64,000 nt of DNA from Candidatus Altimarinota bacterium. GTDB lineage: Bacteria > Patescibacteriota > Gracilibacteria > UBA1369. The notes below the pieces were generated by a model. The model did not search any database. It was given only the letters and a program-made list of their open reading frames with translations, and was not told where the DNA came from. The stretch lies in NCBI GenBank assembly GCA_963677745.1, contig OY782391.1, positions 288,001-352,000 on the forward strand, written 5' to 3'. Below, piece after piece: positions 1-10,168 of the stretch (positions are counted from its first letter, which is position 1; the number at the start of each line of letters is the position of its first letter). Position numbers and translations under genes: made by a program.

Positions 1-234
1 AAGCAAGCTATTCAACTTTGAACATAATTTGCTTATATCACCGACCAGTTTCACCTTTCGTGCCAAATCATCATCCTTCAAAATCGATAATAATTCTGCA
101 TCTTTCTGTTCGATTTCGAGACACATTTGCCTGAGCGAAACTTTGAATCTTTCACACTGGTCTATCTGATCCTGGGTATTTAGGGATGCTGGGATTTCCG
201 TTCCGGACTCCTCTTGGATTTTATCAACATTCAT
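1..234 (-). CDS. Hypothetical protein, partial (runs off window start)
   Basis: ATG at 234 (minus) after an AT-rich leader; hand translation MNVDKIQEESGTEIPASLNTQDQIDQCERFKVSLRQMCLEIEQKDAELL... is open to position 1. Confidence 0.6.
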   Translation of the reverse strand, partial: MNVDKIQEESGTEIPASLNTQDQIDQCERFKVSLRQMCLEIEQKDAELLSILKDDDLARKVKLVGDISKLCSKLNSLL

Positions 235-413
235 ATTAATAAAAACTGATTACAATATTATAACACACAACAAGCCTGATTAAAACAAGCATAGAAGCCG
301 GTCTAGCGCTAACTAACAGCCTAAAACGGGAGCTTTTTGTTTTCGTCCTGAGCTGATTGACAAATGCTGTATAAACTGTAATAATAACACGCTAAAACCC
401 TATATTCCCTCTC

Positions 414-1205
414 ATGACAGCGGAAAAAATGGAAACCGATTTGGAAACACTAACCCTGCGCATCCGGGCTATTCGGGATCAACTTCAACTGGGAAAAGAC
501 AATTCAGATCTTGAGTCTGAATTGCGGACAATTGCCAGGAATGCGGAAGGCCTGGAAGATGACCTGAGAGAAGAGATTTCCTATCGGGTGGCCATTGTGA
601 TGAAATCAGTTACGATGATAAAAATGGCCCGGATCAGAACACTGGCGGTTGAAGGTAATTTTGTCGATGCCATTCCCCTGTTATTTGAGCTTTCCCCCGA
701 TGAGAGACTGGACATTCTTTGCGAAATCCGCAGAGGTCTCTCCGATGAAAAGATCTCCGCTGTCCTACAATATATTGCGACGGAATCACACCGTCATCTG
801 AAACAAATTTTTACCGACAACCTTCGACTCACCAAAATATCAATGGCAGACCACCCCTATGCCGGGCGGTTCCCCACAGCCATCGAATTCGAAGACGATC
901 ATCAAATGGACTCTCTAATTAAAGATGGCTGGATACCGGTTGGAGAAAATTTTCCAACCTTCGGCCCCGGGGACAATACCCCGGAAACAGTTCAAAACGC
1001 CTGGGAAATACAGGATTTCCTAAAAGAAGGTTTCGAGGCAACCTGCACAGCCAAAGCTTATGCTTTTGAAAATCCGGCCAGCAAAAAAATTGAGGACTAT
1101 CACACCCAGATTTTCGTTCGACCCAAAGCAGGCATCGAAATTCATCCCGCCTTCAGACAATACTACGACACTGTCAGAAAACTCATACTCGGGGAAAAAA
1201 GTTAA
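414..1205 (+). CDS. Hypothetical protein
   Basis: 263-aa ORF preceded by a TTGACA...TAATAA/TAAT promoter-like sequence; no recognised motif. Confidence 0.7.
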   Translation: MTAEKMETDLETLTLRIRAIRDQLQLGKDNSDLESELRTIARNAEGLEDDLREEISYRVAIVMKSVTMIKMARIRTLAVEGNFVDAIPLLFELSPDERLDILCEIRRGLSDEKISAVLQYIATESHRHLKQIFTDNLRLTKISMADHPYAGRFPTAIEFEDDHQMDSLIKDGWIPVGENFPTFGPGDNTPETVQNAWEIQDFLKEGFEATCTAKAYAFENPASKKIEDYHTQIFVRPKAGIEIHPAFRQYYDTVRKLILGEKS

Positions 1206-1212
1206 GGTAGGG

Positions 1213-2556
1213 TTATTTTTTCTTTAGATAAACAAAGGTAAGAATACCGCCAATCAGAATTACTCCACCGGACAGGACAATGTAAAGCACTGCCGGTTGC
1301 TGTTTATCATCAGATGAAATTGGAACGGTGCTTTCGGATACCACAGTATTGGCAGATACCGGTGCCGCTGTTTGTTCTGACGATAAAGATTTTTCAAGTA
1401 GAGCAAAATCGATCTTATCCGCATTGTCCCAGGTGTCTTGTTCCAAGATAATGTCAAAATTATCTTTGATGATTTTTCCTGAAATATCCACATTTGCCAT
1501 CTCTCCTCCGCTAATATCGACAGTCTCGCTACCATTTAAAGCTGTAAACGAGATTTTACCTTCCAGCACTTTAATGCCGGAAACCCCATTTGTTTCACTG
1601 GCAACAAAGGTTGTACCTTTGATACCGGCAACAGCCTGATTCATTTCCATGGACATTGAGCCATCATTAACCATCTTCTTTAAATTCACCCATATATTGC
1701 CGGCTACCAGTTTAATTTTACTTTCTTTTTCCGGAGGTGAATCAATCACAACCTCCGAATCCGGCTTCAAAACAAAGGTGGACTTATCAGAAAAGCTCAG
1801 AATTGCAGTACTGTTCTCCTGGGTTCGGATATGAGCGAAAACCGGCAGTTTGGTACCCGGTTTGCACAGTTTCCAGCCATCCGGATCGTCATCCGCCCGC
1901 CATTCCACCTGCCCGGTCATCCCTGAAAACCTTGCTCCGGAATCAACCTGAACCTGGTCGCTATCGGGTGTGTCCGTCGTCTCGGAAACACCGTACTCAC
2001 TCAGACGCCAGACAACGATGGAAGAATAGGCCAGAGAACTGGAATTGTTTTCTACAGAACCGTCAGCCATGCCCTGCTGCCTCTCTTCATTTGTATTACC
2101 CGTATAGCGGATCACAACCTGATCATCAACGACCTGACCGGTAAAGCTGCCCTGGGTATCGGCAAGCCAATGTGCTTTGATATCGGAAACACCGCCGTGC
2201 CAGACATCATTCATGTCCAGTATAATACTAAAAGTGCCTGACAGCTGGCCGTCACTTTTGTCATAATCTCCATTCATTTTTATACTTGCAGTGCCATTGA
2301 ACCCCTGGTTTCCAACGGTAAAGCCAATGGGGATTGACCGGTCCGCAGTTATTTTACCGCTTTTTATATCCACATTGGCCGAGCTGAATAAAACCCTTTC
2401 CGCTCTTGTACCAGGCATTTGATCAGCCCCCATATTTCTGACACCCAGATAGAGAAAGAAATCCGCCTGTGGAAAAACCGTATCGCCTGCGAAAACCGGT
2501 AAAACAAGAACAAAAGTTAAAAACAGGGCTGCTAAATAAACAGAAATTTTTCGCAT
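1213..2556 (-). CDS. Secreted FecR-domain protein with C-terminal membrane anchor
   Basis: N-terminal signal peptide; FecR-like segment (IRTQENSTAILSFSDKS...LVAGNIWV...AVAGIKGTTF...VLEGKI); C-terminal TM helix followed by KKK. Confidence 0.75.
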   Translation of the reverse strand: MRKISVYLAALFLTFVLVLPVFAGDTVFPQADFFLYLGVRNMGADQMPGTRAERVLFSSANVDIKSGKITADRSIPIGFTVGNQGFNGTASIKMNGDYDKSDGQLSGTFSIILDMNDVWHGGVSDIKAHWLADTQGSFTGQVVDDQVVIRYTGNTNEERQQGMADGSVENNSSSLAYSSIVVWRLSEYGVSETTDTPDSDQVQVDSGARFSGMTGQVEWRADDDPDGWKLCKPGTKLPVFAHIRTQENSTAILSFSDKSTFVLKPDSEVVIDSPPEKESKIKLVAGNIWVNLKKMVNDGSMSMEMNQAVAGIKGTTFVASETNGVSGIKVLEGKISFTALNGSETVDISGGEMANVDISGKIIKDNFDIILEQDTWDNADKIDFALLEKSLSSEQTAAPVSANTVVSESTVPISSDDKQQPAVLYIVLSGGVILIGGILTFVYLKKK

Positions 2557-2638
2557 GATATTTAAATGAAGTTAAACCAATTATACACGTTTATCTTCAA
2601 AACCACGCGACAGAAAAGCCTTTGGCAACAAGGGCGTT

Positions 2639-3451
2639 TTAAATTTTGTGCTTAACACTCCCGTTCCAAACCGCCTGGCGGGCTTTTTGGGCATCATATG
2701 GGACTTTCAAGGCAGCATGCAAATCCCCTAATTTACTGTCTAAAAACTGATGTTCTTCCCCTTCAAATGTTCTTAATTTCAAAAAGGCGGTAAAATTTGG
2801 CGCCACCATAATATTCCACCAATTAGGAATCGGCCGAAGGCCGAACTTGGAAACAAAGTGGTTGATACTTATCTGGTCCGTTTGGGGATGTGCTTTATCA
2901 TAGATATACAGATCAGCTTGTCCGCCAAGCATCTGATAAATCGCCTGCACCTCAGCATTGCTTAATATAACGCGGAAGGGAGCCTTGTATGGTCTCGAGG
3001 TGTATGCCTGTTCACATTCGCCCCTAAAGGTAACACCATAATAACAATCCAAAGATTCGACCTCCAATTTAAATACTTTCCCCCCAACTGTAACTGAAGG
3101 AATCGTTCGTTTCATCAATGAATTTTGCGTGTTAAATCGCTGGATCGCCTCCTGATGAGGCAAATAGGTAACCATAGTTTCAATTTCTTCAAAGTTCTTT
3201 TTTATGCGGTCATAAACTTCCTTAATTTCTTTTTCCTTTTTTGTCTTTTCGACACTTGGTGGTCTTTGTGCCACATGACTTTCGAGAGTATCTTCAAGAA
3301 CCGGCTCCGAATTTCTGCTGATATTTTGGTTAAAGGCGACGACCAATCCTAAAACTGCAGCAGCACCGGTAAAAACAAACAACTTTTCGGAAACTCCCGT
3401 GCTATTATCCGGATACAGAGCCTCAATATCTTTTGCATAACCTTTTTCCAT
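2639..3451 (-). CDS. Hypothetical membrane-anchored protein
   Basis: 270-aa ORF with one N-terminal hydrophobic helix. Confidence 0.65.
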   Translation of the reverse strand: MEKGYAKDIEALYPDNSTGVSEKLFVFTGAAAVLGLVVAFNQNISRNSEPVLEDTLESHVAQRPPSVEKTKKEKEIKEVYDRIKKNFEEIETMVTYLPHQEAIQRFNTQNSLMKRTIPSVTVGGKVFKLEVESLDCYYGVTFRGECEQAYTSRPYKAPFRVILSNAEVQAIYQMLGGQADLYIYDKAHPQTDQISINHFVSKFGLRPIPNWWNIMVAPNFTAFLKLRTFEGEEHQFLDSKLGDLHAALKVPYDAQKARQAVWNGSVKHKI

Positions 3452-3605
3452 AGCTTTAGAGTTAATAATTGGAGACTATTATCACATAATTTTCATCAAT
3501 CCGTCAAATATAACGTTAAAACAACGAGAGACTGAAGCCCTTTGAAACAAGGGCTTTTTATTGTATGGTAAAGCCAGCGGATAAAAAGTCCCTAAATAAA
3601 AGTTT

Positions 3606-4244
3606 ATGAAAAAAACACCCTCAATCTTCACAATATCATTCATTTTCTTCACAGCCCTGATCGCCGTAGCCTGCGCGCAAACCAAAGTGCAAACTCCGCC
3701 CACCGGCAACACACCGGACGGAGGAAAGACGGAATCCCCCATTGTCAACGCGCCGGATAATGGAAACACTGTGTCCCCAGTTGCCTGTACCATGGAAGCC
3801 AAATTGTGCCCGGACGGTTCGGCTGTCGGACGCTCCGGCCCCAATTGCGAATTTGCACCCTGTCCCGGAGCCACTGCCAATCCCGGAACTGTTTCCCTTG
3901 CCAATCCGGCATCACAAAATTGCACCAAACAGGGAGGCAAACTGGAAATGCGCAACAACAAGCTGGGCCAGTACGGAATTTGTTTTTTTGAAGACAACCG
4001 CCAATGCGAAGAATGGGCCCTGATGCGCGGCGATTGCCCGGTAGGCGGCCTGAAAATCACCGGATATGAAGATGATGCCCAGGTTTACTGTGCCATCACC
4101 GGCGGAAAGGTTGAGGGCGTGGGAACAGCAACACCAATGTGCCGCAGAACCGACGGCACGCTCTGCACCGCCCAGGCCAATTTTGACGGCCAATGCCCGG
4201 ATCCAAGCAACCCCGGTCCCAACGCCGGAAATGTGGAAGCCTGA
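3606..4244 (+). CDS. Cys-rich lipoprotein with DUF333-like domain
   Basis: Lipobox-like AVAC; CTMEAKLCPDGSAVGRSGPNCEFAPCP motif; LANPASQNCTKQGG...C...CEEWALMRGDC (DUF333-like). Confidence 0.75.
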   Translation: MKKTPSIFTISFIFFTALIAVACAQTKVQTPPTGNTPDGGKTESPIVNAPDNGNTVSPVACTMEAKLCPDGSAVGRSGPNCEFAPCPGATANPGTVSLANPASQNCTKQGGKLEMRNNKLGQYGICFFEDNRQCEEWALMRGDCPVGGLKITGYEDDAQVYCAITGGKVEGVGTATPMCRRTDGTLCTAQANFDGQCPDPSNPGPNAGNVEA

Positions 4245-4301
4245 CAAAAAACAAAGTATCCGTACAAATCGGAACAGCCTGCGCCCGAACATTAATCCAC
4301 T

Positions 4302-5795
4302 TTATGGTTGTTGCGCCTGCAAATCATCCTGCGCCGCCCTGGAATAAAAAAGCGGAATAATACCATTGATGCATTTAAATCCTTTTTTGGTGACCTTTAA
4401 TATTCCGTCCTCCAGCATCATCAGACCCGACTTCAGAACAAAATCAATTTCTTCCCGAAAATGATACCTCAAATCAATCCCGAAACTTTTCCCCAGATCG
4501 TCCAGCCGGATCACGCCTGAATACAAAGAAATGGCAAAGGCCTTGGCAATCTGTTCCTCCACCGGCAATTGATAATAATCCTGCAAAGGTAATTTTCCTT
4601 CACGGATACTGCTATAATAGCTATCAAGAGTTTTATCCTTTTGCCCCTGGTTATAAGCAATTCCTTCGGGAGTTTTTGACTGTGCCCCCATCCCCATTCC
4701 CAGATATGAAACGCCTTTCATAGACCGGTTTTCCAGATAAGAACTCAAGCCCAACTCGCCGTTATTGCGGGAAAAAGTGTTCTGGCCATAGGTGGCCTGA
4801 TATCCCTTTTCCTTAAGATGCTGGTAGGCGCTATCGTAGAGTTTGTTAACATATTCCAGTGAAACCGCCGACTGGTGTGACTCGATATCCGTATCCTTAA
4901 AATGGGTACGGTAAAGCGTAATGACCTCCGGATGCTGTGATATGGCAAAATCCAGCGTGGCTTTCAGAGTATCTTCTCCCTGGCTTTTAAATCCATACAT
5001 CAAATCCAGATTCAGATTGTCAAAGCCCGCCTCTCTGATATTTTTAACCGCCTGTTCCACCACCACCGCAGAATTACCAACCTGTCTCAACTGTTCAATG
5101 GAATGACTTTTCACCGCCTGCACACCCATACTGATACGCGAGAATCCCAATTTTCTAATTTTTCTCAATTTATCCAAACCGGCAGCGGCAATTTTGGGAG
5201 TTGTCTCGATGCTCCTTATAATCCCCTTCCGGAAATCGCAGTGTTTTTCAACGGCAGCCACAATGCGCCCGATCTGCTCCGCTGAGAGCATGGTGGGAGT
5301 TCCCCCTCCCAGGTCAAAACCCGCTAATTGCTTGCCCTCCAGGGCCGGTGCATACAGCTCAATCTCTCTGATCAGAGCCTCTACATATTCTTCACGCTGC
5401 ATCTCGTTGGTACCGGGCACCACGGCATAATCACAGAATTTGCAGCGGGAAACACAGAAAGGTACGTGAATATATATTGATAAGGGTTCAGCCTGCCTCC
5501 ACACCTCCAGCACTTGTTCCCAATCGGGAGTAGTGCGGTAAGGAGCCCACAACTGCTTATGAATTGGATAGGCAAAGTTCGCCAGATGATGCTGTTCGAG
5601 CCCCTTCTTAAATACGTCGTAAAGCCGGGCTTCCCTGGCGTCTACAATCGCCTGTCTGATCCGGTCGACTATCACTGAAACCGGTTCGGTAAAATCAGGT
5701 GCCGTATCAACGGAGTCATTAACTACCGCCCGGTACTCGATGGGAGCCGGCAAAGGTTTGCCTTCCGATGTTCTTTTCTCGCCGGATACGGACAT
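4302..5795 (-). CDS. HemN/HemW-like radical SAM protein
   Basis: IYIHVPFCVSRCKFCDY (CxxxCxxC), GGGTPT, RISMGVQ, NLDLMYG, YLGMGMGAQS; HemN-type C-terminus. Confidence 0.85.
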   Translation of the reverse strand: MSVSGEKRTSEGKPLPAPIEYRAVVNDSVDTAPDFTEPVSVIVDRIRQAIVDAREARLYDVFKKGLEQHHLANFAYPIHKQLWAPYRTTPDWEQVLEVWRQAEPLSIYIHVPFCVSRCKFCDYAVVPGTNEMQREEYVEALIREIELYAPALEGKQLAGFDLGGGTPTMLSAEQIGRIVAAVEKHCDFRKGIIRSIETTPKIAAAGLDKLRKIRKLGFSRISMGVQAVKSHSIEQLRQVGNSAVVVEQAVKNIREAGFDNLNLDLMYGFKSQGEDTLKATLDFAISQHPEVITLYRTHFKDTDIESHQSAVSLEYVNKLYDSAYQHLKEKGYQATYGQNTFSRNNGELGLSSYLENRSMKGVSYLGMGMGAQSKTPEGIAYNQGQKDKTLDSYYSSIREGKLPLQDYYQLPVEEQIAKAFAISLYSGVIRLDDLGKSFGIDLRYHFREEIDFVLKSGLMMLEDGILKVTKKGFKCINGIIPLFYSRAAQDDLQAQQP

Positions 5796-5852
5796 TATTT
5801 TTATAAAATATTATACAAGTTCATTATAACACAAAATACAGTATTAGTCCTC

Positions 5853-6491
5853 CTAACATTTGAGTGCCTGTTCCTGCCGGAAGTTGGAAGAAAGTCCGGA
5901 TTGTTTGCTGGAATTCCCCCACAACCCCCGTTGATTCAGAACAGGATAGGTTAGCAGAGGTACCACCGTCGGGATAGTTAAAAACGGAACCTCCGTACTG
6001 CAGGGAATTTTGATCATTTCATCCAGAAATGACCTGTTTTTGGCGGAGAGGCCTTTGTCACCGCCGATAACCGCAACATCGGCGGCTCCCCAATGATAAT
6101 TAAGTGCGTTCACTCCTTCCGACGGAGATGTTCCCACCAGACGGAAACCCTGTTTTTTCAAATCCTCCAGAGTTGCCGGCTTTCGCGGAATCGATTTAAT
6201 CGCCTCCTCTGAAATATTCCAGGACATAATTTTGTTCCTGATTTTCGGCTGCATGAAATCCAGTGACTCCCCGATCAGATAAGTCGCCACATGCGGTACC
6301 GGGCGCGCGTCAGATTCCCGTGTTATGGATCGTCCAGCGATACCGGTAGCCAGAATTACCTGCGCCAGTTGGGCCAAGTCTGACGGCATATTCACGTTCA
6401 CCAGAGCCAGCCTGACCGGCGGAACCCGGCATAGAGATTCCCAAAGTTCCCACTGTTTTTCATCCCAGTTTTGAAGCGGCAATTCAGACAT
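5853..6491 (-). CDS. Divergent SPOUT (SpoU/TrmH-like) RNA methyltransferase
   Basis: LKKQGFRLVGT...AVIGGDKGLS...DEMIKIP...FLTI resembles SpoU motifs 2 and 3; motif 1 is degenerate. Confidence 0.6.
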   Translation of the reverse strand: MSELPLQNWDEKQWELWESLCRVPPVRLALVNVNMPSDLAQLAQVILATGIAGRSITRESDARPVPHVATYLIGESLDFMQPKIRNKIMSWNISEEAIKSIPRKPATLEDLKKQGFRLVGTSPSEGVNALNYHWGAADVAVIGGDKGLSAKNRSFLDEMIKIPCSTEVPFLTIPTVVPLLTYPVLNQRGLWGNSSKQSGLSSNFRQEQALKC

Positions 6492-6509
6492 CGCAAAAAA
6501 GTAAATGTA

Positions 6510-6770
6510 TTAATAAACCTGATTGTGGCTGCCGACATCCACCAGCAACACCTCGGCATAATCATCAAACTCTTCAAAAACGATTCGGACATCCCAAGTC
6601 ACCCTGATCGCCCGTTTACCTTCCAGATCGCCGCGCAATGCATGATTGTCCAAAACAGGATCATGAGGATTGGCTTTGAATAATTCAATTGCCTCCTCCA
6701 CTTTTTCCTGCATCTTGGGAGTCAACTTGTGCCAGGCTTTTACAAAATGTTTTTGGAAAAATAATTTCAT
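6510..6770 (-). CDS. yafQ: Type II toxin, RelE/YafQ family mRNA interferase
   Basis: LDNHALRGDLEG..., C-terminal DVGSHNQVY; overlaps the upstream antitoxin. Confidence 0.85.
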   Translation of the reverse strand: MKLFFQKHFVKAWHKLTPKMQEKVEEAIELFKANPHDPVLDNHALRGDLEGKRAIRVTWDVRIVFEEFDDYAEVLLVDVGSHNQVY

Positions 6771-7063
6771 TTCTTCTTTGCTTCTAATTTCTTAAAATGA
6801 GCCGCCGCTTCCCGAACATTTTTTGCCTCAACTATGTTAATACCCTTTTTCGCCTCCGCCGCGGCTTTCAAAATCTCCTGTTCCTGAGCCACGGTCAGAC
6901 CGTTTTCAGTCAGCAGCTGTAATGGAATACCCTTATAAATTATAATCTGCTTTAAATAAACCTTGATGGCCGAACTAAGGTCCAGGCCCAGATCTGTCAG
7001 GATGGCCTGAGCGTCCTTTTTGGTTTTTTCATCTATTCTGATTTGAATTTGAGTCATTTTCAT
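6767..7063 (-). CDS. dinJ: Type II antitoxin, RelB/DinJ family
   Basis: IQIRIDEKTKKDAQAILTDLGLDLSSAIKVYLKQII..KGIP ribbon-helix-helix signature. Confidence 0.85.
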   Translation of the reverse strand: MKMTQIQIRIDEKTKKDAQAILTDLGLDLSSAIKVYLKQIIIYKGIPLQLLTENGLTVAQEQEILKAAAEAKKGINIVEAKNVREAAAHFKKLEAKKK

Positions 7064-7107
7064 ATGCTGTTTGGGGTAAGGTTCAATTTAATTTTACCCC
7101 GAAGTAA

Positions 7108-7157
7108 TGACATTGTAAATACACATCAATACAGTCAGTCGTATCGTTACAATGTCA
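7108..7157. promoter_or_regulatory. Inverted repeat upstream of the TA operon, probable autoregulatory operator
   Basis: TGACATTGTAA (7108-7118) and TTACAATGTCA (7147-7157) form a perfect 11-bp inverted repeat. Confidence 0.5.
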
Positions 7158-7211
7158 CAACCAATATATCCCGGTCACATTAACCGGAGCTAAAATAATG
7201 CATAAATAATC

Positions 7212-7874
7212 TTACTGGCTGTATTCCGACTTCTGCAGTTTCCCCAGTTCTCCGGTAAAGACGGACAGATGCTGATTATGCCGGTCCATCAGTCGTCTCT
7301 GCCTGTCCCCAAAACTCTTCTCATTATCCAGCGCCGCCTTCTGCAAAGAATTAAACTCTGTTCCCAGAGTCTCCATATTAAAAGTTAAATTTTTACCCGT
7401 CATGAAAATCTTCCCCTGATTGGTTATCGCAAAGTCCAGCAGGGCCATTTTGTAATACTGTCTGCCTGTTTCCAGGACCTTCAAATCCTCAAAATCCTTG
7501 CGGAGTCCGTCATATGCCTCCTGTAATTCCGCTGTGATCGGCGCCGATCCGGCATATTTGGTTTTTAACTGCTCTGTCTTCGCCACCATAGAATCAAACA
7601 CCTGATTGTTGATACGCTCGGTTTCCATTACCACCTTGGCGGCCGACTGCAACCGTGTCATATCCGTAAAAAGTTTTTTATCCTCCAGCGAAAAAGCGGC
7701 CCCGGCACTCTTTACTTCCTGTTCGGCTTTTTTCTTATATTCATCCATTGCAGACAGATACTCTTTGTTGATCCAATAAGACCAGCCGGAATTATTCATA
7801 CTGAATGCCCTCATGGTCAGAACAGCCACCGGAATCAGGATCAGAATCATCAGAACCAGAATTATTTTTTTCAT
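7212..7874 (-). CDS. Secreted helical protein, paralog of 35605-36276
   Basis: Signal/TM helix; shares W.Y.I..EY, FSL.DK...TD.TRLQ, KTKYAG, LQ.AYD.L.KDF.DLK and RLMD.H.QHL..F..ELGKLQ with the 223-aa ORF. Confidence 0.75.
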   Translation of the reverse strand: MKKIILVLMILILIPVAVLTMRAFSMNNSGWSYWINKEYLSAMDEYKKKAEQEVKSAGAAFSLEDKKLFTDMTRLQSAAKVVMETERINNQVFDSMVAKTEQLKTKYAGSAPITAELQEAYDGLRKDFEDLKVLETGRQYYKMALLDFAITNQGKIFMTGKNLTFNMETLGTEFNSLQKAALDNEKSFGDRQRRLMDRHNQHLSVFTGELGKLQKSEYSQ

Positions 7875-7955
7875 ATTTGTTAGTAATTGCGTGCAATCAT
7901 ATTAGACAATATCAGACTTATGGGAAAATTTTCAACTGTGTTGGGATTTTCGATA

Positions 7956-9074
7956 TCAGATCTCCCCCCGCTCTTTCATTCCTTTCAGCAGATTATGGAA
8001 ATTCTTCAGGTTAATATAGAATCTGCTTTCATCAATCAACGGGGTTCTGTCCTGTAAATCAATGTGTCGGTCATAAAAAGAAGAAACGGTTGATAATTCA
8101 GGCAAACGGCGGCTTCCGCCACCCGAGCTGGTATAAGTACACAAATCCACCTGCCGGGGTTCCAGCTCTTTCAGCACAGGGGCCAGTGCGTTCAATGTGT
8201 CGCCGCTATTGTAGTCATTTTCACAAACCAGAATCTTCGCACCTTTCCGTACCGCCTGCCCGGACTGATCTTTGCCCATGTTCTGCCACCGGGGACCCGT
8301 CTTCCAGTCTTTGTGCCATTCTATATAACGCACCTGCTTGCCCAAAACTTCCAGCATCAAAGCCAGCGGCACACCCGACCGCAATACGGGAACTATCAGA
8401 TCATAATCCATTTTGGCGATTTCCATAGCGGCATTGACTATGGCCACCCGGCTAAAAATAAAATATTCATCCAGCCCGTATTTAGAGCAATAATCTTTCA
8501 ACAAAAGGGTAATTTCATCCACCAGCGGGTTCAATTTACTATATTCCAGCCTGTCAATTCCATAAACACGCCAGCCGGAATCATCCGCGGCCGCCAATTG
8601 CTCCGCCACCTTATTCCGCTGTGCCTCCGTGCCAAATTCCAGGGCCAGATTAAATAAGGAATCCGCTGTCTGACAGGTAACCTTGTGATTTCTTAGCACC
8701 CTGCCGAATAAATGTTTTTCTTCCTGTCTTAAAAATCTCACGCCATTCAGGGCAGTCCGATAATAATAATCATAAGGCTGAACCGGCATATGTTTTACGT
8801 TGGCCGTCACCATCTTCCGCACGGCATCTCCGATATCGTCAATCACCTCCGGCGCATATACCGGCGGCAGAGGCTGACCTTCCCAGACATCTCTGATAAT
8901 AGTCGAATCCAGGCCGTTTTCGGCAATTCTGGCCTTGACCTCGATCTCGGCGGCTATATGCACATTCACACTGTCTTTTCTGGCGCGCTTGGCGGACTCA
9001 CGATAATAGGCCGCTTTTTCAGCCCAATCTTTTTGCAAGTCCTCCAGTAATGATGATGGGAAAATTTCTGACAT
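7956..9074 (-). CDS. Protein with C-terminal phosphoribosyltransferase-like domain
   Basis: YDLIVPVLRSGVPLA and KILVCENDYNSGDTL (variant PRPP-binding loop). Confidence 0.6.
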   Translation of the reverse strand: MSEIFPSSLLEDLQKDWAEKAAYYRESAKRARKDSVNVHIAAEIEVKARIAENGLDSTIIRDVWEGQPLPPVYAPEVIDDIGDAVRKMVTANVKHMPVQPYDYYYRTALNGVRFLRQEEKHLFGRVLRNHKVTCQTADSLFNLALEFGTEAQRNKVAEQLAAADDSGWRVYGIDRLEYSKLNPLVDEITLLLKDYCSKYGLDEYFIFSRVAIVNAAMEIAKMDYDLIVPVLRSGVPLALMLEVLGKQVRYIEWHKDWKTGPRWQNMGKDQSGQAVRKGAKILVCENDYNSGDTLNALAPVLKELEPRQVDLCTYTSSGGGSRRLPELSTVSSFYDRHIDLQDRTPLIDESRFYINLKNFHNLLKGMKERGEI

Positions 9075-9098
9075 ATTTTAGTGATTTTCTGTTTGCCG

Positions 9099-10082
9099 TT
9101 ATCTCTTCAAATCAACCGGTCTTTTCCACTGGACGTCCCAGGCATCAGTCTCCGGATTGTGAGCATAAGAGACAATCTGCGGATCGCGCACCTGACGGAT
9201 AAAACTTTCATAAGCTTTCAGTCTCCAGGAAATTTCTTGGGGGCTTTGCAGATAATTCAAAATACTGCTGCCATGGGCTGCTCCGTAAATCACGGCAATT
9301 TTCTTGTCGCGGGACAGTTCGTCCCGACAGAGATCGTCCAGCGCCCGTACCAGATAGACTTCCCTGAAATCATTCAGATCAAATTTGAGAGCTCCCAATG
9401 TACCGTTGCGGCCCAGATTATCCAGATCATGCGCCTGCACCCGCAAATCATGTTCCGCTTCCGAGGCCAGCGGTAGAATCATCATACCTCCCAGCAAACC
9501 CAGCGCTCCCTGCAACATCCGTCGGCGTGAAACAACCTGTTTGTCCACTTCTTCCGCTGCGGGAACTACCACCTTTCCCGAAAGTTCATTGCCCAGTTTT
9601 CGGATTCCGTCATCAATTTTGGGAATAAAAGCAGTGGCAACGCCGCCTGCGGCGGCCAAATATTTGGCGATGGAAATATTATCATTAGCATTCACCAAAC
9701 CGCCCTCATCCAGCGGGCCCGGATCAATCACTATCAACGGATGATTATGTTTGGCGGCCACTTTTTCCAGTCCGGCAAAAAAACGGGGCGTCGATCCGTT
9801 GACAACCATTTCCTTAATCTGCTCATAAGAAACCGCCATTCCCTGACTACGGCTATAATCATAAATTCCCCGGATAATTTCCGGATCAAAAGCATGTTCG
9901 GCTGCCGGCGCACCTTCCACAATCACCAGGTCGGCCGACTTCATAATTTCTTCATAATGAGCCATGTGCCTCTCCAAAAGTTCACCGTGATGCACCACCC
10001 GGTGCAATTGGACATTGCGGCCATTCAGACCGGTCTCAATGGGCTCAATCCATCGTGATAAATCACTGTATTTCTCGGACAT
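9099..10082 (-). CDS. Hypothetical membrane protein (weakly TraB/PrgY-like)
   Basis: Two hydrophobic segments, internal SRRRMLQG, C-terminal IAVIYGAAHG. Confidence 0.55.
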   Translation of the reverse strand: MSEKYSDLSRWIEPIETGLNGRNVQLHRVVHHGELLERHMAHYEEIMKSADLVIVEGAPAAEHAFDPEIIRGIYDYSRSQGMAVSYEQIKEMVVNGSTPRFFAGLEKVAAKHNHPLIVIDPGPLDEGGLVNANDNISIAKYLAAAGGVATAFIPKIDDGIRKLGNELSGKVVVPAAEEVDKQVVSRRRMLQGALGLLGGMMILPLASEAEHDLRVQAHDLDNLGRNGTLGALKFDLNDFREVYLVRALDDLCRDELSRDKKIAVIYGAAHGSSILNYLQSPQEISWRLKAYESFIRQVRDPQIVSYAHNPETDAWDVQWKRPVDLKR

Positions 10083-10168
10083 ATTTAATGATTAAAAACA
10101 CAAGATGTTAAATTAATACACTTTTGTGTTTTTGTCAATCGCAGGCAGACTTTAAACTTTCATATGAA

